Shown here: positions 8,052 to 19,200 of the stretch, piece by piece
Numbering within the stretch: position 1 is the stretch's first letter
Layout: each line of letters opens with the position of its first letter
Source: a virus
Strand: one strand, 5' to 3'
Virus record (IMG/VR): IMGVR_UViG_3300025617_000007
Coordinates: 64,001-128,000 of that record
Length of the DNA: 64,000 bases
Translations under genes and position numbers: made by a program
The notes under the pieces: model-generated
Seen by the model: only the letters and a program-made list of their open reading frames with translations
The model's database searches: none
What the model was told of the DNA's origin: nothing

Positions 8052-9815
8052 ATGCAAAGTAATAACGATAATTTATCAAAAATACCTGAAGTAAGGGCAC
8101 AACGTATTTTAGAAGAGTACGATGGGTTCAATAACTACATTATGGGTATTAAGAAAAAGAGTGAAATACAAAAACATTTTAAACTTACTCGTGCTCAATC
8201 TGACTACATCAATAGTTACCACGATAAGACACCTAAAATTGCTCGTAAATGGGTTGATTTAGATAGTTACTTTGGGACTAAGATGATGGAAGAAAAACTT
8301 CTAACAAGAATACCTGAAAAAGTTTACGTAGAAAAGATTTTAGTAGAAAAAGATAAATCTTTTCATTTATGGGGTAAAATATTCGAGAGTGAGGATTTAC
8401 ATGATTTTTGGTTACCTAAGGTCGCACTGATTCCGACACAAAAAGTTAAAGATGTCGAAATTAATTATGAAAAATACTCTAATCGACCACCTTTAAAACA
8501 TCAAATCGAAGCCATTGAAAAATTAGCATCTCATGATAAATATATCTTAGCTGATGATATGGGTCTTGGTAAGACCACCGCAACTGTTATTGCTGCGTTA
8601 GAGTCAGGTGCCGAAAGAGTCTTAATAGTTTGTCCCGCATCTTTAAAAATAAATTGGATGAGAGAAATACAAAACTACACCGATAAATCTATATCAATTA
8701 TAGATGGAAAAAGATGGGAATCTGCGGATTTTGTAATCATTAATTACGATATTTTAAAAAACTTTCACGATTTAAAAGATAAAGAAGAATCTATTATATT
8801 ACAAGAAGGTTTTGACTTAGTAGTTGTTGATGAGGCCCATTACATTCAAAATGTACAGGCTAAAAGAACAAAATTAATTAATGATATTATTAATCGAATT
8901 GGAAAAGTTTGGTTATTAACTGGTACTCCTATGACTTCAAGACCAATTAACTATTATAATTTATTAAATTTAGTTGAATCTCCTGTGGCATATAATTGGA
9001 TGGCATACGTTATTAGGTATTGTGAAGGTTATCAGTTCAATGTAGGAAATCGAAAAGTTTGGAATGTAAATGGAGCCTCCAATTTATTGGAGTTAAGAGA
9101 TAGGACTAAAACCCATGTACTTAGAAGGTTAAAACAAGACATATTAGACTTACCAGAGAAGATTATAACACCTGTTTACCTTAATCTAAAATCAAAGGCA
9201 TATGAAGAACTTATGGGTGAGTATTATGATTGGATTGAGGATGAGAGTGAAAAAAAATCATTGACCGTACAATTCTCAAAACTTATGAAAGTTCGTCAGA
9301 TAATTGCGGAAAGTAAAATAAAAGAAACTTGTGAGATTGCTGAGAATATTATAGAACAAGGAAAAAAAGTCATCATATTTACAAACTTTACAGACACACT
9401 TAATAAAATTGCAGAACATTTTGGTAAAAGTGCCGTCACATTAGATGGTAAAATGAGTAAACCTGCTAGACAAAATTCTGTCGACCAATTTCAAGAAAAC
9501 GATAAAATTAAAGTTTTTGTAGGTAACCTTAAAGCTGCTGGTGTTGGTATTACATTGACATCTGCGGAAGCAGTTATAATGAATGATTTATCGTTTGTCC
9601 CTTCCGACCATTCACAGGCGGAAGATAGGGCATATAGATATGGTCAAAAATCTAATGTATCGGTATTTTACCCAATATTTGATAACTCAATTGAAGGTAT
9701 AATTTATGATATTTTGTCACAAAAAAAGAATATATTTGAGACAGTAATGGGTGATAATGAAGGTAAAGGTGACATTATGGAAGAAATAATCAATGAAATT
9801 TCAGTAAGGAGATAA
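8052..9815 (+). CDS. SNF2-family (HARP/SMARCAL1-like) helicase/translocase
   Basis: LADDMGLGKT (motif I), DEAH (II), LTGTP (III), QAEDRAYRYGQ (VI). Likely start at 8052. Confidence 0.85.
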   Translation: MQSNNDNLSKIPEVRAQRILEEYDGFNNYIMGIKKKSEIQKHFKLTRAQSDYINSYHDKTPKIARKWVDLDSYFGTKMMEEKLLTRIPEKVYVEKILVEKDKSFHLWGKIFESEDLHDFWLPKVALIPTQKVKDVEINYEKYSNRPPLKHQIEAIEKLASHDKYILADDMGLGKTTATVIAALESGAERVLIVCPASLKINWMREIQNYTDKSISIIDGKRWESADFVIINYDILKNFHDLKDKEESIILQEGFDLVVVDEAHYIQNVQAKRTKLINDIINRIGKVWLLTGTPMTSRPINYYNLLNLVESPVAYNWMAYVIRYCEGYQFNVGNRKVWNVNGASNLLELRDRTKTHVLRRLKQDILDLPEKIITPVYLNLKSKAYEELMGEYYDWIEDESEKKSLTVQFSKLMKVRQIIAESKIKETCEIAENIIEQGKKVIIFTNFTDTLNKIAEHFGKSAVTLDGKMSKPARQNSVDQFQENDKIKVFVGNLKAAGVGITLTSAEAVIMNDLSFVPSDHSQAEDRAYRYGQKSNVSVFYPIFDNSIEGIIYDILSQKKNIFETVMGDNEGKGDIMEEIINEISVRR

Positions 9816-9856
9816 GATTTACAAGTTCTATATTATTTATATAGAAAATAACATTT

Positions 9857-11422
9857 ATGAAGTTCAAAAGATTAAAAGAAAAAATCTCATTAGTTGAACA
9901 TAAAATTAATAAGAGCCAAGATAACAAAACCCTCGTTTCAGAGATATCTGCGCAAACCTCAAAATATATTATTACAGAGATGAAAAAAATTGGTATTGAA
10001 AAACTACCATATTCTTATTCTGCCTTAGAAAGATTCATAGATTCAGACACTATGGATACTCACTATAACAAACACTATAAAGGATATGTAAAAAAATTAA
10101 ACGACGCATTAGAGAAAACTAAAGATGGTGATTTAGAATTAGAACAAATTATTAAAGGTATTTCACGATATAACACCACTATTAGAAATAATGCTGGAGG
10201 TGCATTTAACCATGCACTTTTTTGGAAAATGTTATCTCCAAAAAAACAAAGAGCTCAAGGAGAGGTGTATGAAAAAATAGTAAAAGATTTTGGAAATTTT
10301 TCTAAATTTAAAAACATCTTTACTGTTGAAGCTAAGAAACGTTTTGGTTCAGGATGGGTTTGGTTAGTATTAACTAAATCAGGAAAATTAAAAGTTATGT
10401 CCACTCCAAATCAAGATAACCCTTTAATGAATATTGTTAAAAATGGAGGTTTCCCTATATTAGGTTTAGATGTTTGGGAACACGCGTATTACTTAAAATA
10501 TAAAAATAAAAGGGATGAATATATTAAAAACTTTTGGTCTGTAGTAAATTGGGATTTTATAAATGACTTATACAATCTAAGAACTGATAAAAAAATCGAT
10601 GAGGTTAAAAAAGTTAAAACAATTATTACCGAAGGAGCGAGTGCGGGTTGTAATAGAAGTCAGGTTCAGAACTATAGAAGATTATTTAATACTAACCCTC
10701 AAATTAAAAAGAAATTTATGTTCACCATTATGGACATACTTAAAGAGGTTTTTTCAGAGTACTGGTACGAAAAAAATCAATACGATAAAGGTCAAATGTC
10801 AGGGATTTATGATTACGAACAAAAAGGTCGTTCAGTAATTAATAAACTTAACACAAATTACACCGCATTTTGTACTTTAGTAAACGATGTAAATCAATTT
10901 TTAAGAAAATACGGTATAGATGCAATCAATTTTAATAACAAAAATAATCAACAACAAATAAAAGAAGTTGAAAAATTAAATAAATATTTAATTGAGTTAC
11001 GGTACAGAATATTCGACTCAGAGTCACCCACCTTTAAAACGTTAATGGCAGGTTTAGATAAGACAAATAAATTTGGAGACAAAAGAGAAGTTGATGCGGT
11101 TGTAGGGTTAAAAGATATTTTTAAAACTGATAAGGTAACTAAAGTCGGTGAATTAGGTGGTGTTGATGATATGATAGGTGGAGTTGATGCCATTGTAGAA
11201 TTACCTGAAGGGACGAAAACAATGCAAATAAAACCATTTAACAATACCAAAAATACTAATGGGAAGATAACTGTTTTTGGGACTGGTAATGTTAAACCCT
11301 ACAAAACTGACTATTTAGTTTTTCACAATAACAAATTAGGTACGTTAGTGTTTGAAAACTCTAATACGAAAATTATTGACGGGAGATATGTTTTTGATGA
11401 GACATCCCAATACGTAAAGTAA
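9857..11422 (+). CDS. sod: Fe/Mn superoxide dismutase fused to a C-terminal PD-(D/E)XK-like domain
   Basis: LPYSYSALE, HYNKHYKGY, NHALFW, FGSGWVWL and DVWEHAYY give all four metal ligands; about 260 extra C-terminal residues. Confidence 0.9.
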   Translation: MKFKRLKEKISLVEHKINKSQDNKTLVSEISAQTSKYIITEMKKIGIEKLPYSYSALERFIDSDTMDTHYNKHYKGYVKKLNDALEKTKDGDLELEQIIKGISRYNTTIRNNAGGAFNHALFWKMLSPKKQRAQGEVYEKIVKDFGNFSKFKNIFTVEAKKRFGSGWVWLVLTKSGKLKVMSTPNQDNPLMNIVKNGGFPILGLDVWEHAYYLKYKNKRDEYIKNFWSVVNWDFINDLYNLRTDKKIDEVKKVKTIITEGASAGCNRSQVQNYRRLFNTNPQIKKKFMFTIMDILKEVFSEYWYEKNQYDKGQMSGIYDYEQKGRSVINKLNTNYTAFCTLVNDVNQFLRKYGIDAINFNNKNNQQQIKEVEKLNKYLIELRYRIFDSESPTFKTLMAGLDKTNKFGDKREVDAVVGLKDIFKTDKVTKVGELGGVDDMIGGVDAIVELPEGTKTMQIKPFNNTKNTNGKITVFGTGNVKPYKTDYLVFHNNKLGTLVFENSNTKIIDGRYVFDETSQYVK

Positions 11423-11462
11423 AGAAATGTTGTTTTCTTAATATTTATATAGAAAACAAAGT

Positions 11463-12575
11463 ATGTCAGTAATTAACGAACCTCAAAGAACAAAACTTTA
11501 CACAAGAGTAAAACACCTTTTAGGTGCACCCATTCGTAGTATAGAAATAGAAGATGAAATGATGGATTCCTTATTGGAATTATCGATTCAAGATTATGCA
11601 CAATACGTAAATGATTGGTTAATTGAATCTCAGTGGACTTCACTCTATGGGATGAACTTAGATGAACAATCTGTAACTCGAGCATTTACTACGCGTTCTT
11701 TAGATTGGGAAACACAATATACTTATGCCTATTCTAAAATTGTCGGATTACAAGCTGGTGGTGACTATGTACTTAAGAAAGACTACATTACTTTAGTACC
11801 TGGACAACAGATATATGAAATACCTAAAGGTCGTGAATTAAATGAACTTTTATGGTTTACACGTGCAGAATTAGATGCGGCTTTCTTTGACCCATTTATG
11901 GGTGGTTTTGGAGGTATGGGTGGTGTTGGATTAGGTGGAGGTGCTGGATTCTCACAAATGGGTACTACAGGTAATTACTTTGTAACTCCGGCATTCGACA
12001 TTCTACTTAGAATGCAAGACATTAATGTTAAAAGAAGAATCATTTCAGGAGAGTTAACTTATCGTGTTACTGCACTTCCAGACGGTAAAAAGGCTGTACA
12101 CTTAATGAATGTTCCCGGTGGAAAATTTGATTTTGGTAATATACAACATAACGAATATAAAGTATGGTATTGGTACTACGAAACTGATGACCGTGAAGAT
12201 TGTTTAGCTAAAAATCCTGATATTGTTCGTTTACCTTCAGATATTCCTATTGATGAAATGAAATGGGATGAACTTAATAGTCCCGCACAGACATGGGTTA
12301 GAAAATGGTTCGTTTCATATGTTAAAGAAACTTTAGGTAGAGTAAGAGGTAAATTTAGTGGTAATTTAAAAACACCTGACTCGGAATTACAACTAGAATA
12401 TGATTCTTTATTAACTGAAGCTAAAGATGAAAAATCTAAGTTATCTGAAGAGTTAACACAAAAACTTGAAAGGTTAAGACCTGAAAAAATGATGGAAAGA
12501 GAAGCGAATGTTGCTGAAAATCTAAATAAATCATTACAATTCCGTGCTATGCCACGACAGATATATGTAATATAA
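11463..12575 (+). CDS. Neck protein, T4 gp13-like
   Basis: 'HLLGAPIRSIEIEDEM.D.LLE.SIQDY' N-terminus and 'LGRVRGKFSG' C-terminal pattern of gp13-like proteins. Confidence 0.75.
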   Translation: MSVINEPQRTKLYTRVKHLLGAPIRSIEIEDEMMDSLLELSIQDYAQYVNDWLIESQWTSLYGMNLDEQSVTRAFTTRSLDWETQYTYAYSKIVGLQAGGDYVLKKDYITLVPGQQIYEIPKGRELNELLWFTRAELDAAFFDPFMGGFGGMGGVGLGGGAGFSQMGTTGNYFVTPAFDILLRMQDINVKRRIISGELTYRVTALPDGKKAVHLMNVPGGKFDFGNIQHNEYKVWYWYYETDDREDCLAKNPDIVRLPSDIPIDEMKWDELNSPAQTWVRKWFVSYVKETLGRVRGKFSGNLKTPDSELQLEYDSLLTEAKDEKSKLSEELTQKLERLRPEKMMEREANVAENLNKSLQFRAMPRQIYVI

Positions 12576-12577
12576 TT

Positions 12578-12910
12578 ATGGGTATAATTAAATCATACCC
12601 TGTTACTAAAATAGTTGCAGGTAAAGAAATTAAAACATCTGATAGTATCTTATGTACTAGTAAGTCATATACCACTAATGGTGAAAGTGCAATTGTAATT
12701 AAATCTAAAGAAGAGTGTGTGTTAACTTTAGATGAAACTACTACTGACCACGTAACTATTAAAGCAATGTCTGATGTTAAAATCGTTTCTGAAAAACTCA
12801 TAGATGATGAGTTTGAAGAAATATTACTTGAAAAATACGCGTCAGTAGAATTACGTTACATTGTAAATAGTTGGTATGTTATGTCGTCTGATGGTCTAAA
12901 GAACTCATAA
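12578..12910 (+). CDS. Small beta-rich putative virion protein
   Basis: 'LTLD...HVTIK...ID...L.KYASVEL...WYV' resembles repeats seen in phage tail-associated proteins. Confidence 0.4.
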   Translation: MGIIKSYPVTKIVAGKEIKTSDSILCTSKSYTTNGESAIVIKSKEECVLTLDETTTDHVTIKAMSDVKIVSEKLIDDEFEEILLEKYASVELRYIVNSWYVMSSDGLKNS

Positions 12911-15710
12911 TCTTAAGATTCTTTTCTACATACTCAGTATCTACTAAATCCATAGTGTCTTCTAGATACATATAGTATGGATTAATTCCGACTTTATTCC
13001 AAAAAGTTACCTCAGTGTCAGAAAGAGTTAATACCTCATCCAAATTATCTTGGTCACCATCTCTACGTGGATATCCTCTAACTAATTCCGTTTGTGTTTT
13101 AGTGAAGAAAGGACGGTCCTTAGGGTCTTCAATTAAAATCTCAGGTCTAATCTCAGGGTCGAAAACTACCAATAGTGGTTCAATACGTTTGTTAAATGAT
13201 GCTAAGTAACGAGGAACGTTGTATTCACCTAACATATCAGGTGTCTCAGTAATCATCTTCTCATCCACGTGGTAACAGTTAAGTACAATCTCCACACTAT
13301 CAGGTGGCATCGGTTTACCGTTGTCTACTGCGTATTGTCTCTTCTCAGCTGCAGTTGCATTCCATTTATTTTTCTTTTGTACATCACCGTGTGACTTTCT
13401 CTCACCATTATTAACATAGTAGATGGTATCACCTAAACCAACAGGTAAGTTGTGTTTAATAGCTAATTCCATATGTGCCTGACGAGACATAAGTGAACCC
13501 GATTTGGTTTTTTTAGTTATATGTTTTTTATACTCCACAATACTTTGTTTTACCCTCGATTTGTTGGCAATCTTAGAGATTGGAATCTGCCTATCATAAA
13601 TCTGTTGAACATAGTCATAGTAGTGTTCTAAGAACTCGTGACCTTTACCATCCAATAACATTCTTAGACCTTTATCCAAAAACTCCGCAACATATGTAGG
13701 TAACTTCTTAGACTTAATAGTGTTACCTGTTAGTTTTACTTTTCCTGTGTCGGTAAGAAGAGCATAGTTTTTACGGGCCACGTTAATCGTTGACGGCCAA
13801 ACACCATCAGTATCGAGACCCATCTCACCCCTCATAAAGATATCATTATACTCAGCAACATCAGCTTCAGTACCATAATAGGTTTTACCTTCTTCAACCA
13901 AACCATTAAGTCCCTTACCCACGTAAGTATGTTCTTCACGACCAGGAGGGGATGAGAAGTTCACACCATCCGTATCCATTACTAATGCTTTGTAACCACG
14001 GTCCATAAACCACATAATCATCTGACGTAAGTATTGACGACCTGTACAAGTAATCTGTTCACCCATATCCATATCACCCCATGGAAATACGTGAGGTGCT
14101 GACAATGAACCGAAGAATGCGTTAATAAAAATCTTAATCGGTAACTGTTTACGGTTATATTTCTTAGACTCTTTTGGGTCTGAAGTATAAAGGTCGGCAG
14201 CCAACTTCTTATATTTAATACGTGTGTCACGAAAATGTTTCAACATACTCTTCATTGCACCTGTGACATCACATTTAGGGAATACATCATGAACCAACTG
14301 AATAGACGGGTATAGTGATGAGTAATCGAGTTTTAGTACATTTGTTGAATAACCTACCGCTAAAAGACGTGATAAACCACCTGTGAATGGTCGTTTTTCA
14401 CCTTTCTTAGGGATTGCTAAGTTATGTTTGTAAGACCAAGCAGCCATAATCATTTTCCATAATGTGGCAGTACCCATTGTTGATAGTCTCTCATATGTTG
14501 TCGGAACTAACTTTGCAAGTAAGAAGTTTGCCTGATTAAACTCCTCATCAACAACCATGGTTTCCCAAATATCATCATATAGGTATCTTTCAATAATATA
14601 ATTACCATTAACTTTTTCATAGTGTCCCGGGTATTTCTCCATAAGACCTTCAGTTCCTGGTGACCCAATTTCTTTATATTTACCCGATTTAGGGTTGAAG
14701 TAATAGTCTTTATTATCAAAATAAATTTTACCAATTTTATCTCCCTCAACATACACACGGTTTTCTTTCTCCGCACCAATAAATTGTGTAATATATTTAA
14801 GACCCCAACTCTTAATATCTGAGTTGATTGCTTGTGCTCTACGAACTGCATGTGCAATATCAACAATGTTATATCCCCACATCATCGTCTGAGTATATGG
14901 TTCCATTTCATTTGCTAATTTAAGCATACCTTCCTTTTGTCTTAGAGGTCTTTGAGGGTTAAGAGTTTTTGAAATCTTTTTTGGGTCAAGTCCCAAGATT
15001 TCAGCTCGTCTTAATATAAATGGAAAATCAAAGAATGCTGAGTTATAACCACCAATTAGTGTAGGTTTTAAATACGCTATCGTATCAAAGAAATCGATTA
15101 TAATTTTTCTCTCCTCTTCTTCATTTTCGGCAGCAATAACTTTTTCAAAACCTTTATTATCTTTCATTCCGATAAGGAATATTTGACTTTCTTCAGGTGA
15201 AAGACCTGTGGTTTCAATATCGAATACAAAACGGTGAACCTCATCGTATTCATCAAATCCTTTAAATAGTCTTTTATTTTTTTGAACTAAGTATTGTTCA
15301 GTTGGAGGTAGAATCATTATGTGTTCTGAATTACCCATACCCCATGGGTCTAACCCTCCTGATTTAAAAAAGTTAACTAAGTTGTTGTATGACTTAGTTG
15401 TTTTAACCATATACTTAAGTCCGTTTTCCATTCTCTCATCACCATGAGTATCTAACTTATCGATAATTATTCCATTTTCGGACATTGCTTGTTTTTGAGC
15501 GGCTTTAGAACCTCTATAGAAGTTAAGACCTCTTAGGTCACCTACCCACGCAAATGGAATGAATGTGTCTGATTTAATTACTTTACCCTGTTCAGGATGT
15601 TGAATTACTTTAAAAATTTTCCCTGATGGATAGTCATATTCTAATGCTACTATGTACTTTTCAGGGTCCTCTCCAGTGAGGAATTCTTCGATTTCTTTTT
15701 GTGATACCAT
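12879..15710 (-). CDS. polB: Family B DNA polymerase with 3'-5' exonuclease
   Basis: ExoI FDIETTG, ExoII GYNSAFFDFPF, ExoIII YLYDD; motif A LDYSSLYPS, motif B KIFINAFFG, motif C MDTDG. Confidence 0.95.
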   Translation of the reverse strand: MVSQKEIEEFLTGEDPEKYIVALEYDYPSGKIFKVIQHPEQGKVIKSDTFIPFAWVGDLRGLNFYRGSKAAQKQAMSENGIIIDKLDTHGDERMENGLKYMVKTTKSYNNLVNFFKSGGLDPWGMGNSEHIMILPPTEQYLVQKNKRLFKGFDEYDEVHRFVFDIETTGLSPEESQIFLIGMKDNKGFEKVIAAENEEEERKIIIDFFDTIAYLKPTLIGGYNSAFFDFPFILRRAEILGLDPKKISKTLNPQRPLRQKEGMLKLANEMEPYTQTMMWGYNIVDIAHAVRRAQAINSDIKSWGLKYITQFIGAEKENRVYVEGDKIGKIYFDNKDYYFNPKSGKYKEIGSPGTEGLMEKYPGHYEKVNGNYIIERYLYDDIWETMVVDEEFNQANFLLAKLVPTTYERLSTMGTATLWKMIMAAWSYKHNLAIPKKGEKRPFTGGLSRLLAVGYSTNVLKLDYSSLYPSIQLVHDVFPKCDVTGAMKSMLKHFRDTRIKYKKLAADLYTSDPKESKKYNRKQLPIKIFINAFFGSLSAPHVFPWGDMDMGEQITCTGRQYLRQMIMWFMDRGYKALVMDTDGVNFSSPPGREEHTYVGKGLNGLVEEGKTYYGTEADVAEYNDIFMRGEMGLDTDGVWPSTINVARKNYALLTDTGKVKLTGNTIKSKKLPTYVAEFLDKGLRMLLDGKGHEFLEHYYDYVQQIYDRQIPISKIANKSRVKQSIVEYKKHITKKTKSGSLMSRQAHMELAIKHNLPVGLGDTIYYVNNGERKSHGDVQKKNKWNATAAEKRQYAVDNGKPMPPDSVEIVLNCYHVDEKMITETPDMLGEYNVPRYLASFNKRIEPLLVVFDPEIRPEILIEDPKDRPFFTKTQTELVRGYPRRDGDQDNLDEVLTLSDTEVTFWNKVGINPYYMYLEDTMDLVDTEYVEKNLKIMSSLDHQTT

Positions 15711-15779
15711 AATATTTGTTTTTTCATCTGAGATATTATACTCACATATAGTATGTGATTACTCTTGACATTCAAACAA

Positions 15780-15808
15780 ATAATAATGGATAATATAGTT
15801 TAAGTCAA
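15780..15808 (-). promoter_or_regulatory. Host-sigma promoter of the polymerase gene
   Basis: TTGACT-N17-TATTAT(TTG) on the minus strand. Confidence 0.6.
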
Positions 15809-15851
15809 ACTATTGGTTTTGATTTTTTCTACTTATATCTACACCCATAAG

Positions 15852-16205
15852 TTAAATTATGTTTATGTATAAATTATCTTTAATCGGCGCAATTAACTCT
15901 CCCATTGAGTTCACTATATGAAACTCCCCGATAAACCGACCCTTTTTCTTGGTATCCCTCTTAGACCACTTATAAAAAATGTAATATTCTTTCGGCGCAT
16001 CAGGATTTTGTTGTATCTTTTCTGTGATATATGCGTTGTTCATTAATATTTTAGGTATCCCATTACTTTCATCCTTCATAGTAAAACGAATGGTTGCAGT
16101 ATCTAAGTCGGCATCAAAAATTTTATTAGAGTTTGTTCTTCCGTCTTTTACTACCTGCATCTTTAAGATGGGTAACTCACTATTTTGTTTAATAAAAAAT
16201 TCCAT
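15852..16205 (-). CDS. Stand-alone BppU-like baseplate adaptor domain
   Basis: Clear paralog of the first ~115 aa of the upstream 1515-aa protein. Confidence 0.55.
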   Translation of the reverse strand: MEFFIKQNSELPILKMQVVKDGRTNSNKIFDADLDTATIRFTMKDESNGIPKILMNNAYITEKIQQNPDAPKEYYIFYKWSKRDTKKKGRFIGEFHIVNSMGELIAPIKDNLYINII

Positions 16206-16219
16206 ATTCTATAAATACA

Positions 16220-19200
16220 TTATATTAAAGTAACAGTAACATATCCATTACCTGTGTTATAAGTTCCTAAATTGGTGATTGAATTACCACCAAAAGTTGA
16301 ACTGTTATTATATTGCCCATCCGTTGTTGATACATTAGTAAGTCCTGATATTAAATAAGAACCAGCACCTCCACCACCGTCAGAACGAGGATTACCGTTT
16401 CTATATGAACCTCCACCACCGGAGTATCCACCACCACCTCCACCACAGATAGGAGCACCTCCACCAGCACCACCAAATCCACCATCGGAGCCTTGTGTAT
16501 GAGTGGAAGAACGTGCCCCTCCACTTAAACCTGCAGAATATGTTCTACCAGCCCCTCCGTCTTGAGAAGTTGCAGCGCCACCTGAAGTACCATCACCATT
16601 TTCACCGTCAGTTAAGAAACCTGCACCTGAGCCACTATCATATGTGTTTGTAGATACAATTGTACCGTTTGTGTGTGATTCTCCACCATTACCGTTAGTA
16701 CCACCAGGGGCACCAAATACTGATGTAGTACCGCTAATATTAGTAACAGCATCATTACCATTATAAAGTGTTCCTGACTCGGAACCATTGTATGCTCCAT
16801 CACCACCACCTCCACCAGCTACGATTAATGGTGTACCACTTAACACAACAAATGAACCACCACCCCCACCAGCTCCGTTATATTGTGTAGCATTAACCAC
16901 TGCAGCCCCTTGTTGTCCGACAATAATCTCAACAACATCACCTCTATTGAAAGAATATCTACCTTTCATTATTACACCTCTACCACCTGTGGATGAAGAA
17001 GGGTATGTGACTGAGGAGGCTTGTGCACCTGCCACTTCAAACTCGTAAGTTCCTGTTTGTGGAACCGTCCATTCTTGGTAACCATTTGTTGTTACATCAA
17101 GGTAACTAGTGTTTTGTGTCCACGATTCACCACTATAAGCACTTTGTACTTGGGCTAACGTTGGACCTGTTCTACCTACTAAACTTGCGGACGTAAATGT
17201 AAACGAACTAAATGAATATAGGTTAGTTGGTGTAGTCGATGGTGTTGGTGTTATTGATGGAGTAACGCTATTTGACGGAGTAATACTTGGAGTTATTGTT
17301 GCTGTAGGTGTAATTGACGGTGTTACTGATGGAGTAGCGCTACTTGTAGGTGTTGGGGTTATAGGTGATGATGACGATGAAGGTGTAACGGTAGTTGTTA
17401 CCGATGGAGTTGGTGTTGGTGTTATACTTGGACATGTTATAGTTTCAACACTAATATAAACAATGTCACCAATCACCCATTGTGTTGATGCCGATTGAAC
17501 TAACTGTATTTGATTATTACCATCACCTCTAAAGTAATATCCCGTTCCTTCAGTACCTCCTGTCCATCCTCCGTATGGTAAACCTGCGCCTCCGACATCC
17601 TCTAACGTTCCGTCATATATCGCGGTACTACCATTTTGAGAAATCGTCAAACGAACACAATTACCCACAAAAGACGAATAGTAAGAATCTCTATCTACAC
17701 CATTTTCATCGATTGCATTCCAATATATTCCATCCATCTGAGGACCATCATTGAATGAGTTTGGATTAGTAGAGCCACTAGATACGCCACCGTTACCATT
17801 ACTAATAATTGTATTACCTGAAGTTGGAACCTGATATGGTGTTGATACTAAATTATAACCATAACCTGTTGTCGGTACTGGCGATGGTGTAACTGATGGT
17901 GTAATTGTTGGAGTAACACTACTTGTTGGAGTGATAGTAGGAGTTACTGATGGTGTAATCGTTGGTGTTGGTGTGATTGAACTTGTCGGTGTTAATGAAG
18001 ATGTCGGAGTAATAGATGGGGTAACGGTAACTGATGGTGTTACACTTACAGATGATGTAGGTGTTACAGTATTTGTTGGTGTAACTGAAACGGTAGGAGT
18101 TACTGATGGAGTTACACTTACTGAACCACTTGGAGTAATTGATGGTGTAGGTGTTTCTGTAGACCTCGGAGTTGCAGACGGTGTTGACGTTGGTAAAGGA
18201 GATATTCCCGGTTGTGCACTCGTATCAAAACAGAACAAGTTTTGTTGGTGACAATTTACTGGTGAGACACTAACAGTTCCCGAAACGTAACTTACCCCCA
18301 CAATCCAATAATCTCCAGGAGAGGCGTTGGTAAAACTGTTTACAGTATACGTGGCAATTTGATTACCTAATTTCACATCTAGTGAGTTACCTGTTGTTAA
18401 TGGGAATAAATTATTAATGTCATATCCACTACATAATATATCTGACAAATACCACTCAGTAATCGATGACGGAGTTGCACTATTTGCGTATGCAACACCT
18501 GTTGCTGACGAACTAGGAACTGCTCCCGTTCCGTACCAGTTATAAGGAATACAAATCTCAGAGGACTGAGGTTCCGTTGGTGACGGACTTACCGTTAACG
18601 TAGGTGTTGGAGTTGGTGTTTGTGTTTGTGTTGGAGTTGGTGTTTGTGTTTGAGTTTGTGTTGGTGTTGGACTAACCTCAGGACATGGATAATCATTAAT
18701 ACAAGTTGCACAATCACTGTAAGTTTCTTTTACTGCAAGTGGACCACCAGCAGGTGGATTGATTAAAGTTACCTGGTGACACTGATTATTATGAATCAAG
18801 AAATCTCCGACAATGATACTGTCATAAGTTGTTAAAACTACATCTGCACCGTCACAACATCTTGTTGTTGCCGCTCTTGTTAAAACTGATGGTGTTGATG
18901 TTGGTGTAGGTGTTGGTGTTTCTGTCTGTGTTTGTGTCATCGTTGGAGTTGGTGTTTGTGTGTTGGTTTGAGTCACCGTAGCGGTAGGAGTTGGAGTAGG
19001 ACAATTACATGTTCCTGATGGTGTTGCAGAGGCGTTACATATAGGTGCATTATTATCTTCAACATATATAGCACATATGACAACAGTATCAAGTTGATTG
19101 ACAACTACTGTGGATATGTTATCATCACAATCGGTAACAATAAATTCGGCAGGTGAACCACACGTACCATCACCACCATATAGAGTCCATGTATCACAAC

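Noticed and set aside
7488-8057. ORF-track starts at 8057, 8007, 22853, 43810 and 53772
   Set aside because: They overlap divergent genes or promoters; internal ATGs (8003, 8052, 22907, 44068, 53811) fit promoter spacing and protein homology better.
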